Below are positions 30,811 to 39,214 of a stretch of 64,000 nucleotides of DNA, one piece after another (positions within the stretch are counted from its first letter, which is position 1; each line of letters opens with the position of its first letter). Origin of the DNA: Acidimicrobiaceae bacterium (GTDB lineage: Bacteria; Actinomycetota; Acidimicrobiia; Acidimicrobiales; UBA8592); contig PAQG01000049.1 in the NCBI GenBank assembly GCA_002709645.1, positions 714-64,713 on the forward strand, in the 5' to 3' direction. The position numbers and the translations under genes are program-made. Under the pieces are notes generated by a model, which was given only the letters and a program-made list of their open reading frames with translations, was not told the DNA's origin and ran no database searches.

Positions 30811-31980
30811 ATGGGAGAGGCTTACATTGTTGATGCTGTCAGGACACCCGTCGGAAGACGAGGCGGAGGTCTTTCTGAGGAACACCCAGCTGATTTAGGA
30901 GCGCACGTCATCAAAGGCCTTGTTGAGAGAACAGGTATAGATCCATTAGCGGTCGATGACGTCATTATGGGATGTCTTGACAATATGGGTCCGCAAGCAG
31001 GCGACATAGCTCGAACAGCTTGGCTAGCTGCGGGAATGCCAGAAGCTATCCCAGGAGTTACCGTAGACCGCCAGTGCGGATCTGGTCAACAAGCAGTAAG
31101 TTTCGCTGCGATGGGAGTCATGTCGGGAGTGCAGGACATGGTTGTCGCTGGCGGAATACAAAATATGAGTCTTATCCCCATCGGTTCGGCAATGGACGTG
31201 ATGGGGCATGAAACAATTGGCCATCCCGAGATAGAGGACCCATTTACAACATCAAAAGGCTGGGTTGATAGATACGGCACTCAGGAAGTATCACAGTTCC
31301 GAGGAGCAGAACTAATCGCAAAAAAATGGAACTTAAGCAGATTACAATTAGAAGAATTTGCTTTGGAATCACATGAACGTGCGGCTAGAGCTCAGGATGA
31401 AGGCCGTTTTGATAAAGAAATACTCCCATACGGAGAAATCGACAAAGATGAGGGCGTCAGAAGAGGAAGCACATTAGAGAAAATGGCGCAGTTACCAACA
31501 TTAGAAGAAGGCGGTGTCATAACTGCTGCGGTTGCCAGTCAAATCTCCGATGGTGCCGTAGCTCTTCTTATCGCAGGGGAACAAGCAGTCAAGGAACACG
31601 GTTTACAACCTCGCGCTCGAATCCACCACATGAGCGTCCGCGGAGATGACCCAATCTACATGTTGACTGGGCCCATACCCGCCACTGAATACGCATTTGC
31701 TAAAACCGGCATGTCAGTTGACGATATAGACTTATTTGAATGCAATGAGGCTTTTGCCCCAGTACCCCTTGTATGGATGAAAGAACACGAAATCCCTCAC
31801 GAGAAAGTCAACGTGAATGGAGGAGCTATAGCTCTTGGTCACCCACTTGGCTGCACAGGAGGCCGCCTTATGACAACGCTGCTCAACGAATTAGAGCGTT
31901 CAGGAGGAAGATTCGGTCTTCAAACAATGTGTGAAGGTGGCGGACAGGCAAACGTCACAATTATTGAAGTACTCAATTAG
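30811..31980 (+). CDS. Acetyl-CoA C-acyltransferase (thiolase), FadA6-like
   Basis: EAYIVDAVRTPVG, GPQAGDIART, DRQCGS, NEAFA, GHPLG and CEGGG motifs. Confidence 0.9.
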   Translation: MGEAYIVDAVRTPVGRRGGGLSEEHPADLGAHVIKGLVERTGIDPLAVDDVIMGCLDNMGPQAGDIARTAWLAAGMPEAIPGVTVDRQCGSGQQAVSFAAMGVMSGVQDMVVAGGIQNMSLIPIGSAMDVMGHETIGHPEIEDPFTTSKGWVDRYGTQEVSQFRGAELIAKKWNLSRLQLEEFALESHERAARAQDEGRFDKEILPYGEIDKDEGVRRGSTLEKMAQLPTLEEGGVITAAVASQISDGAVALLIAGEQAVKEHGLQPRARIHHMSVRGDDPIYMLTGPIPATEYAFAKTGMSVDDIDLFECNEAFAPVPLVWMKEHEIPHEKVNVNGGAIALGHPLGCTGGRLMTTLLNELERSGGRFGLQTMCEGGGQANVTIIEVLN

Positions 31981-31987
31981 CCAAAAC

Positions 31988-33052
31988 CTAGAATTCAGAA
32001 CCTAATATTTCATCAGCAAGACCCCATTCCAAAGCAGTTTCAGATGAAATGGAATTTCCAGTAACAGCTAAATAGGCTGTGCGTTGGCGACCAATTCGAT
32101 TTGGGATACTTACAGTACCTCCGGCTCCAGGGATCAGGCCCATAGCAATTTCGGGCAAAAAAATGTTTACAGATTCGTCAACAATAACCTTTGATGCAAA
32201 GGATGGGATTTCAATTCCAGCTCCGGCGCAGGTTCCATGTAGATAGGCAATAGTTTTATCCGATAATCGCTGGACGGACATTCCCGGATTTCGTGCAAGA
32301 CGGATTAGGTGTCCTTCAGGGGGAGACGCAACCGACCCAAATTCAGCTAACTCTCCACCTGAACAGAAAGACTTCCCTTTGCCTCGTAAAGAAATCTTCT
32401 CTATTGATTCATCAAAAAAAGCTACTTGTAGAATTTCAAATAGTTGATCTCTCATATTTAAAGAGAAAGCGTTCGCTCGTTCCGGATTGTTCAAGAATAT
32501 GTCTAACTGATTTTTGTTACGGATCGAATATACGACGGGGCTTTCGCTAATGGGCTGTGATAATGCACCCCTTCTTTCAATCCAATCGTTGTGTTCTGGT
32601 CCGCCTTGCAACATTGCGTAAGTCATTGATTCAAGAACAAATCCTTTTTCAATGTTTGTAAAGGCCTCTTGTCTAAGAAGTTGGACAAGAGCAATAGAAG
32701 CATGAGGGTTTCGTCTTACACACTGTGAGAGATTCAGGATAGATGCATTAATATCAGGAACAGTTACTGAAACTCCATCATCTGACCCGTTAGTGATAAG
32801 AATATCAAAGCCATTTACTAAGTCAGAGAAATATTGAGAGTTTGTCTTTTCAAGGACGCCAACGATCACAAGGTTTAATGAAGAAATCGATTCTGCGAAA
32901 GCATGCAAATTTTTTGAATTCTGTGAGAGCTCATCTGGTTTAATCTGAACAAATAGAATATTTTGTTGACGTTCAAATATTTCTTCTCGGACGTAAGAAC
33001 CTGTTGTGTAATGAAGAGCTTGAGGAAGAGTAAGGACATCAACGTCACTCAC
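31988..33052 (-). CDS. Enoyl-CoA hydratase/isomerase family protein with N-terminal extension
   Basis: FCSGGEL, GAGIE, LPEIAMGLIPGAGGT and ALEWGLAD motifs. Confidence 0.85.
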   Translation of the reverse strand: MSDVDVLTLPQALHYTTGSYVREEIFERQQNILFVQIKPDELSQNSKNLHAFAESISSLNLVIVGVLEKTNSQYFSDLVNGFDILITNGSDDGVSVTVPDINASILNLSQCVRRNPHASIALVQLLRQEAFTNIEKGFVLESMTYAMLQGGPEHNDWIERRGALSQPISESPVVYSIRNKNQLDIFLNNPERANAFSLNMRDQLFEILQVAFFDESIEKISLRGKGKSFCSGGELAEFGSVASPPEGHLIRLARNPGMSVQRLSDKTIAYLHGTCAGAGIEIPSFASKVIVDESVNIFLPEIAMGLIPGAGGTVSIPNRIGRQRTAYLAVTGNSISSETALEWGLADEILGSEF

Positions 33053-33055
33053 AAC

Positions 33056-34576
33056 TTATTCCTCACTATCGCCCTGACTGATCAATCCTTCTTTGAGGAC
33101 TCTCCTAAGCAGTTTCCCAGTTTCATTATAAGGAAGTTCGTCTAAGGCAATTACTTTGTCGGGGGTACGTGACGAACGAAGGTGTTCTTTCACGAATTTC
33201 TTAATTTCATCTTCTGAGAAAGCTTCCGTGTCTGAAGGAATAACTAAAGCAACGATAATTTCACCCCACTGAGTGTCAGGCATGCCAACGGCAGCAGCAT
33301 CTCGAATATTGGGATGCTGTAGAAGAGTGTCTTCAATTTCTCCAGGTGAAATATTCTCTCCACCACGAATGATTATGTCATCAATTCTTCCTTCTACGAA
33401 TAAATACCCATCAAGGTCTAGGGCGCCACCGTCATTCGTTGGGAACCAGCCATCTGCAGTCAGCCGTTTTCCATGGCCGAGATATTCACCAGAAACTTGC
33501 TCACCTCTGACCCAAATTTCACCACTGACCCCTGCTTCAACTTCGTTTCCGTTTTCATCGCGGATCGAAACCTCAAGAGTGGGTAATGGTTTTCCAGCTG
33601 AAGCTAGTCTTTTCCGAACCTCGGGATCTGAACTTTCAAACGCGACTCTATGATCTTCAGGACCGAGAACAGAAATAGTTGAACTTGTTTCAGTGAGGCC
33701 GTACGCATTAACAAAATTAGTTGCAGGAAACAAATTAAGTGCTTTCTCAATTACTGGCCTAGGCATTTTCCCACCTCCATATGAGATGGCTCTGAGAGTA
33801 TCGGGTTTGTGAGATGGATTTTTCTCTAATTCTTCAACAATCCGAGAGAGCATTGTCGGGACAACCATTGCATGGGTGACTTCTTCTTTGATTACTAGAT
33901 CTATCCATTCATAAGCATCAAAGAAAGGCAACTGGACGATACGTCTACCCGCGTATATTGAACTACACATAGCAGCAATCCCAGCAACATGGTAAGGCGG
34001 TACGGAAACCAAGGTTGCTTCATCTTCATCAGCTCCCATGAACTCTACAGATCCGAGGATATAGGAAACAAGATGAGAGTGTCTAAGGACGGCAGCTTTG
34101 GGATCTCCGGTTGTTCCAGAAGTGAAAAGAAGAACAGCGATTTCGTCAGGGTCCATGTTCCATGTCGGTTCCGGAATGGCACCTTTTCTTGTGTCATTTA
34201 GGAAACGATGCCAAGCGGTTGTTTGAACGTCATCAACATCGCTGATAAGCGATTGCAATTCTGCACCATCACTGATGGTAAATGTTGGGGTTATCCTCTC
34301 AGCAAGGGACTGGAGTTCTCCACCTTGTAAACGGTAATTCAATGGCACAAATGGTAAACCTGACCAAGCTGCTGCGAATAATGCTACAGGTAAGGCAGGG
34401 CTTGATTCGGCGAGAAAAGATATATGTTCTACATTCTGCTGCCGTAAGTAATCGCTCGCCCGCCCAGATTGGTCGTAGAGATCCTGATAAGTCATTCCTG
34501 AACCATCTCGACTGCCTATAGCTACCCGATCACCGAAGCCGCTAGAAGCCATCTCAAGAAGCATCATTAAATTCAT
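33056..34576 (-). CDS. Class I adenylate-forming (acyl-CoA ligase) enzyme
   Basis: FTSGTTGDPK, YGLTET, GRIDD.IIRGGENI.P.EIE and TGKLLR motifs. Confidence 0.92.
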   Translation of the reverse strand: MNLMMLLEMASSGFGDRVAIGSRDGSGMTYQDLYDQSGRASDYLRQQNVEHISFLAESSPALPVALFAAAWSGLPFVPLNYRLQGGELQSLAERITPTFTISDGAELQSLISDVDDVQTTAWHRFLNDTRKGAIPEPTWNMDPDEIAVLLFTSGTTGDPKAAVLRHSHLVSYILGSVEFMGADEDEATLVSVPPYHVAGIAAMCSSIYAGRRIVQLPFFDAYEWIDLVIKEEVTHAMVVPTMLSRIVEELEKNPSHKPDTLRAISYGGGKMPRPVIEKALNLFPATNFVNAYGLTETSSTISVLGPEDHRVAFESSDPEVRKRLASAGKPLPTLEVSIRDENGNEVEAGVSGEIWVRGEQVSGEYLGHGKRLTADGWFPTNDGGALDLDGYLFVEGRIDDIIIRGGENISPGEIEDTLLQHPNIRDAAAVGMPDTQWGEIIVALVIPSDTEAFSEDEIKKFVKEHLRSSRTPDKVIALDELPYNETGKLLRRVLKEGLISQGDSEE

Positions 34577-34588
34577 TATTCCAAGTCC

Positions 34589-34897
34589 TCAGTCAGATGC
34601 TGGTAGTGGCTTACTTTCTTTGATGGCTAACAAGGCATCTCCGATACCTAAAGATCCATCTCCGGGTTTCGTGCAAAGTAGTTCAATGGTTTCATCTGAG
34701 TCAACATAGCGTTTTCCCATTTGCGTTCCATCGGATGCATCATCAGATGGGGTCCCTCCCTCTGTTTTTGCCTCGGAAGGGTCAAGCATAGGAACTCCAC
34801 CACATCTAATATCCATATCTTCACCCGGAGCTTTGACAGCAATTACCTCAGTATTGCAAACAGCGCTCTTTAGCCGACTCCCTGCTCGAACTTCCAT
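34589..34897 (-). CDS. Small (102 aa) hypothetical protein with two desulforedoxin-like repeats
   Basis: GGAGG SD before ATG 34897; stop 12 bp upstream of the ligase; internal repeat visible in the translation. Confidence 0.75.
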   Translation of the reverse strand: MEVRAGSRLKSAVCNTEVIAVKAPGEDMDIRCGGVPMLDPSEAKTEGGTPSDDASDGTQMGKRYVDSDETIELLCTKPGDGSLGIGDALLAIKESKPLPASD

Positions 34898-34981
34898 AAG
34901 ATACCTCCATAACCTTTTCCTTCTATCATTTCGTACTAGAAGGGCTACCGCCAATGTTAACGCTTCATCTAGGCTATTGGA

Positions 34982-36190
34982 ATGTTAGGGAAAGACTTAC
35001 ACAATCCAGAGTTGACTGCGTATAACCATTTAGTGAATCTTTTGGAATGTTTGCCAGCGGGTTTAATAGATGATGAAAGCATTATTCGCATATCTAAAAC
35101 CCGACGACAGTGGCCAGTATGGCCCACCCCGTTACTCGCTAATCTTATTGGGCCTCCAAGTGTTCTTTTGAAGAAACTTGATTTGCGATGGCTCCACCGC
35201 TTTGAAACAACAGTTCTGTTGTTAAATAATTTATCTAAAATGCTAGGTGGTCCTGAAGGGGGACCTAGCGGGCTTTCGCTAATTGTCGAAAGAGCACCAC
35301 TGCTTGGTCATAGAGGTTGGGGAACCACTTCTGCTGGGGGATCGTGCAGATTAGTAGAGGCTCAAGATAAGACAATTGCTGTCAATCTCCCAAGAGAAGA
35401 TGATCTTTTATCAGTACCTGCGTGGCTTGGAACAGAACCCGAGGAAGATGTTTGGAAACTTATTGAGGAAAAAACAGTATTGCAAACTGCTCAAAGCCTA
35501 GTAGAAAGAGCATGCCTTGTAGGAATGGCCGTCTCTTCTGTCGGTGAGGCAACCGGACACAAAAATAAAATATATGGGTCAAGAGAAGCAATCCGGTTTT
35601 CTCAGACCCCTACGGTTGTTGATCTTTCAAGTATGTGGGCTGGGCCGCTTTGTGGGTGGTTTCTGTCACGAAACGGGGCGCGAGTTATTAAAGTTGAATC
35701 ATCTCACCGCCCTGATAGAGGGAGAAAGAGCGGAGCGCCTTTCTATAAGCGATTAAACCATGGGAAAGAAGTCATTGAAATAGATTTCATGTCTGAAAGG
35801 GGGGTTGGACAGTTGCGGAAACTTGTTCGACGGGCGGACATAGTATTAGAAGGTTCGAGGCCTAGAGCGCTTGAGAGTTTGGGAGTGTACGCGGAAGAGG
35901 AAGTTCAACGTGGAGCTATCTGGTGCTCAATTACCGGATATGGTCGTGAAGAAAATCCGACACGAGTTGGTTTTGGTGATGATGCAGCTGCAGCAGGAAA
36001 CCTTCTTGCATCTGTAGATGATTCGTTATGGTTTATCGGCGATGCGGCAGCTGATCCGATAACTGGTACTACAGCAGCAGTACTGACTTTGGGTTTGTGG
36101 TTAACAGGAGAATCAGGTTTAGTTGATGTTTCTCTATCAGGTTCAGTTAATACGCACACATTAGGGAAGATGTCCATCGGAACAATTTAG
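34982..36190 (+). CDS. CoA-transferase family III (CaiB/BaiF-like)
   Basis: VVDLSSMWAGP, ARVIKVE...RPD, LNHGK, SITGYG and GDAAADPITG motifs. Confidence 0.88.
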   Translation: MLGKDLHNPELTAYNHLVNLLECLPAGLIDDESIIRISKTRRQWPVWPTPLLANLIGPPSVLLKKLDLRWLHRFETTVLLLNNLSKMLGGPEGGPSGLSLIVERAPLLGHRGWGTTSAGGSCRLVEAQDKTIAVNLPREDDLLSVPAWLGTEPEEDVWKLIEEKTVLQTAQSLVERACLVGMAVSSVGEATGHKNKIYGSREAIRFSQTPTVVDLSSMWAGPLCGWFLSRNGARVIKVESSHRPDRGRKSGAPFYKRLNHGKEVIEIDFMSERGVGQLRKLVRRADIVLEGSRPRALESLGVYAEEEVQRGAIWCSITGYGREENPTRVGFGDDAAAAGNLLASVDDSLWFIGDAAADPITGTTAAVLTLGLWLTGESGLVDVSLSGSVNTHTLGKMSIGTI

Positions 36191-36220
36191 GAAAATTCTT
36201 TGGACTTGAAGACAGAGTGA

Positions 36221-36766
36221 TCAGTTCATTCGCGGGTCAGGTGGGTAGTTTGATAGCCAGGACATAGTACCTGTTTGCCTGCGGAGGACCATAGACCATA
36301 GATCCTCTGTTTTCACACGAAACATATCTTGAGGATCTACATCAACGACAAACCAAGCATTTGCCGCTAACTCTGCCTCTAGTTGCATAGGCCCCCAACC
36401 GGAATATCCAACGTAGGGGCGTAAATTTACGAGGCTGGGCGGTAGTGCTTTGGGATCTATCTTTAAATCAATTACGCCGATGTTGGCAAGTATAAATGTC
36501 GTAGATTCGTCAGTTTCACCTACAAATCTACCTAAACCCATCGTGGAGTTTGCCTCAACTGGCCCACCACAGAAAACAGTAGAGTCCTTAAAATTTTGAT
36601 TTTCCCAATGAGGTAATAAGGACCCAAGCCGCTCTTGCGTTGGCTGATTTAGGACCAACCCGATCGCTCCTTCCGCCCCATGTGCTATCACGAAAACAAC
36701 GGCGCGATTAAAATTATCATCACCCATTAGTGGGCTAGCGACTAAAAGTTTGCCAGTAGTGTTCAG
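36221..36766 (-). CDS. YqgE/AlgH (UPF0301) family protein, probable CTG start
   Basis: GKLLVASP.MGDDNF.RAVV, GGPV, GYSGWG..QLE.E...NAW; the conserved N-terminus extends upstream of ATG 36727. Confidence 0.88.
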   Translation of the reverse strand: MNTTGKLLVASPLMGDDNFNRAVVFVIAHGAEGAIGLVLNQPTQERLGSLLPHWENQNFKDSTVFCGGPVEANSTMGLGRFVGETDESTTFILANIGVIDLKIDPKALPPSLVNLRPYVGYSGWGPMQLEAELAANAWFVVDVDPQDMFRVKTEDLWSMVLRRQTGTMSWLSNYPPDPRMN

Positions 36767-37893
36767 AGTAAATTTCCTATCACGTAGTCAAGACTCTTTG
36801 TTAATGAATGCACGTCTTCAAGTTCAATCGCGGGGAACGTAGCAATACGAAGCTGGTTTCGTCCTAGTTTCCGGTAGCCGGCAATATCCAGAATCCCATT
36901 CTCTCGGCAAATTTCAATTACAACATCTGCACTCACTTCTTCTGCTAAATCAATGGTGGCGACAACAGGGCTTCGTAAATCCACATTTTCAACAAATGGT
37001 TTGGCGAACTCGTGCTGGTCGGCCCAGTCATAAATGTGAGATGAAGAACGATGAGCGCGATCCGCCGCCCAGTTTAAACCACCATTATTGTTCATCCACT
37101 CAACTTGATGAACAGTTAAGAAAATCGTTGATAACGCTGGAGTATTGTAGGTCTGGTTCTTTCTACTATTCTCCAGAGCGGTATTGATATCTAGCCCAGA
37201 TGGTATCCAACGGTCAGATAAAGATATCTTTTCAACTCTAGCGATAGCAGCAGGAGAGCACGCCGCAATCCATAAGCCACCATCACTCCCAAAGCATTTT
37301 TGTGGTGCAAAATAATAACAGTCAACTGCAGAAGGGTCCCACAACATTCCACCTGCCGCTGAGGTAGCATCCACAAGTACTAAAGCATCGTTAGCTGAAA
37401 TATCTGGAACTCGTGTGATTGGAATCGAAACCCCTGTAGAAGTTTCATTGTGGGTTAGAGCGTAGGTATCAACATTTGCTTTCCTTAAAGAAGGTGCATC
37501 CCCTGGTTCTGATTCGATAATTTCTGGATTTTGAAGATGGGGAGCTTTAGCTACCGCCTGAGCAAACTTTGAAGAGAATTCGCCGAAAACCAGATGCTGG
37601 CTTGAATTCTCAACTAAGCCAAAAGTTGCAGCATCCCAGAAAAGAGTACTTCCACCATTTCCAAGAATGATTTCCCAATCTTCGGGAAGAGAAAATAAAT
37701 GGTTGAGGCCATTTCTGAGCCTACCAACCATGTCCCTCACGGGATCTTGCCTATGGCTTGTTCCTAAATAAGTTTCAGATATTTCTGCTAAGGATGTCAC
37801 AGCTTCTCTCCGAACTAGAGAGGGGCCACTACCGAATCGACCATCGTGGGGAAGTAGTTCATCTGGAATAACAAATTTTTTGTCTAAAGTCAC
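36763..37893 (-). CDS. serC: Phosphoserine aminotransferase (actinobacterial type)
   Basis: DGRFGSGPS, GTSHRQ, HNETSTG, DATS, FAPQK, NQTYNTP and YRKLGRNQLR motifs. Confidence 0.95.
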   Translation of the reverse strand: MTLDKKFVIPDELLPHDGRFGSGPSLVRREAVTSLAEISETYLGTSHRQDPVRDMVGRLRNGLNHLFSLPEDWEIILGNGGSTLFWDAATFGLVENSSQHLVFGEFSSKFAQAVAKAPHLQNPEIIESEPGDAPSLRKANVDTYALTHNETSTGVSIPITRVPDISANDALVLVDATSAAGGMLWDPSAVDCYYFAPQKCFGSDGGLWIAACSPAAIARVEKISLSDRWIPSGLDINTALENSRKNQTYNTPALSTIFLTVHQVEWMNNNGGLNWAADRAHRSSSHIYDWADQHEFAKPFVENVDLRSPVVATIDLAEEVSADVVIEICRENGILDIAGYRKLGRNQLRIATFPAIELEDVHSLTKSLDYVIGNLL

Positions 37894-38009
37894 GTAAAAA
37901 AACTACTCTTTCCTAGCTATTAAGTGGCGTAGGCAGATAGAAATTAAATAATCTGTAATCTTTACGTAATTGGGCCATCATTGAAGCTAGAAAGCATTGG
38001 GAGGGATCA

Positions 38010-39212
38010 GTGTCTAAAGAGTCTCAAATTTCCAAACGAGTTGGAGCGATAGCGCCATCGGCAACCTTGGCAGTTACTTCTAAAGCAAAAGAACTAAAAG
38101 CAGCTGGAGCTCCTGTAATCGGATTTGGTGCAGGCGAACCAGATTTCCCAACGCCTTCTTATATTGTTGAAGCGGCTATTAAAGCTTGTTCTGAACCATC
38201 AAATCACCGTTATAGTCCAGCGGGAGGGTTGCCAGATTTAAAGGAAGCAATAGCAGAGAAAACATTACGGGACTCTGGTTTGCAAATCTCACCTGATCAA
38301 GTAGTTATTACGAATGGGGGGAAGCACGCAGTATATAACTGTATGCAAGTACTGTTAGATGCGGGAGACGAAGTTCTTCTTCCTTCGCCATACTGGACGA
38401 CGTATCCTGAGCCAATAGCACTGGCTGGAGCGACAACAACTGTTCTTCCAACATCGGAAGAAAATGGGTTCAGAGTTTCGGTAGATCAGTTAAATGCTTC
38501 TCTTACGGAAAGAACAAAAGCCCTCGTGTTTGTTTCTCCTTCAAACCCAACGGGCGCTGTCTATCCGCGGGAAGAGATAAAAGCGATCGGAGAGTGGGCA
38601 GTTGAAAATAACATTTGGGTAATCACGGATGAAATCTATGAACATTTGGTCTACGGAGCGAATACCCATCATTCTTTGCCGCAGGTAGTTCCACAATGCG
38701 CAGAACAAACAGTGATACTAAATGGGGTAGCAAAGACCTACGCAATGACAGGGTGGCGTGTCGGTTGGATTATCGCTCCCAAAGACATAGCAAAAGCATC
38801 AGCAACTCTGCAATCACACCAAACATCAAATGTTGCAAATATCAGCCAAAGAGCAGCAATCGCTGCTGTTTCAGGACCATTAGATCCCGTGGAAGAGATG
38901 AGAGAAGCTTTTGACCGGAGAAGGCAGCTAATGTTCTCTATGCTTGACCAAATTGACGGGGTGTCATTAATGGAACCACAAGGAGCTTTTTATGCATTTC
39001 CGAATTTTGAAGGAATTATCGGTTCTGAGATCGCTGGAGAAACTGTACAGAGTACCGCTGATCTTGCTCAAATATTTCTTGAAGAGATTCATGTTGCACT
39101 TGTGCCTGGAGAGGCGTTTGGGGCTCCCGGTTATGCAAGGCTTTCATTCGCTCTTAGCGACGAAGATCTAATCGAAGGCATTGAGCGTATAGGGAGCCTG
39201 CTTAGCGGGTAG
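38010..39212 (+). CDS. PLP-dependent class I/II aminotransferase (aspartate aminotransferase-like)
   Basis: GEPDF, NGGK, SPSNPTG, DEIY and [11 protein letters not shown] motifs. Confidence 0.92.
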   Translation: MSKESQISKRVGAIAPSATLAVTSKAKELKAAGAPVIGFGAGEPDFPTPSYIVEAAIKACSEPSNHRYSPAGGLPDLKEAIAEKTLRDSGLQISPDQVVITNGGKHAVYNCMQVLLDAGDEVLLPSPYWTTYPEPIALAGATTTVLPTSEENGFRVSVDQLNASLTERTKALVFVSPSNPTGAVYPREEIKAIGEWAVENNIWVITDEIYEHLVYGANTHHSLPQVVPQCAEQTVILNGVAKTYAMTGWRVGWIIAPKDIAKASATLQSHQTSNVANISQRAAIAAVSGPLDPVEEMREAFDRRRQLMFSMLDQIDGVSLMEPQGAFYAFPNFEGIIGSEIAGETVQSTADLAQIFLEEIHVALVPGEAFGAPGYARLSFALSDEDLIEGIERIGSLLSG

Positions 39213-39214
39213 TT

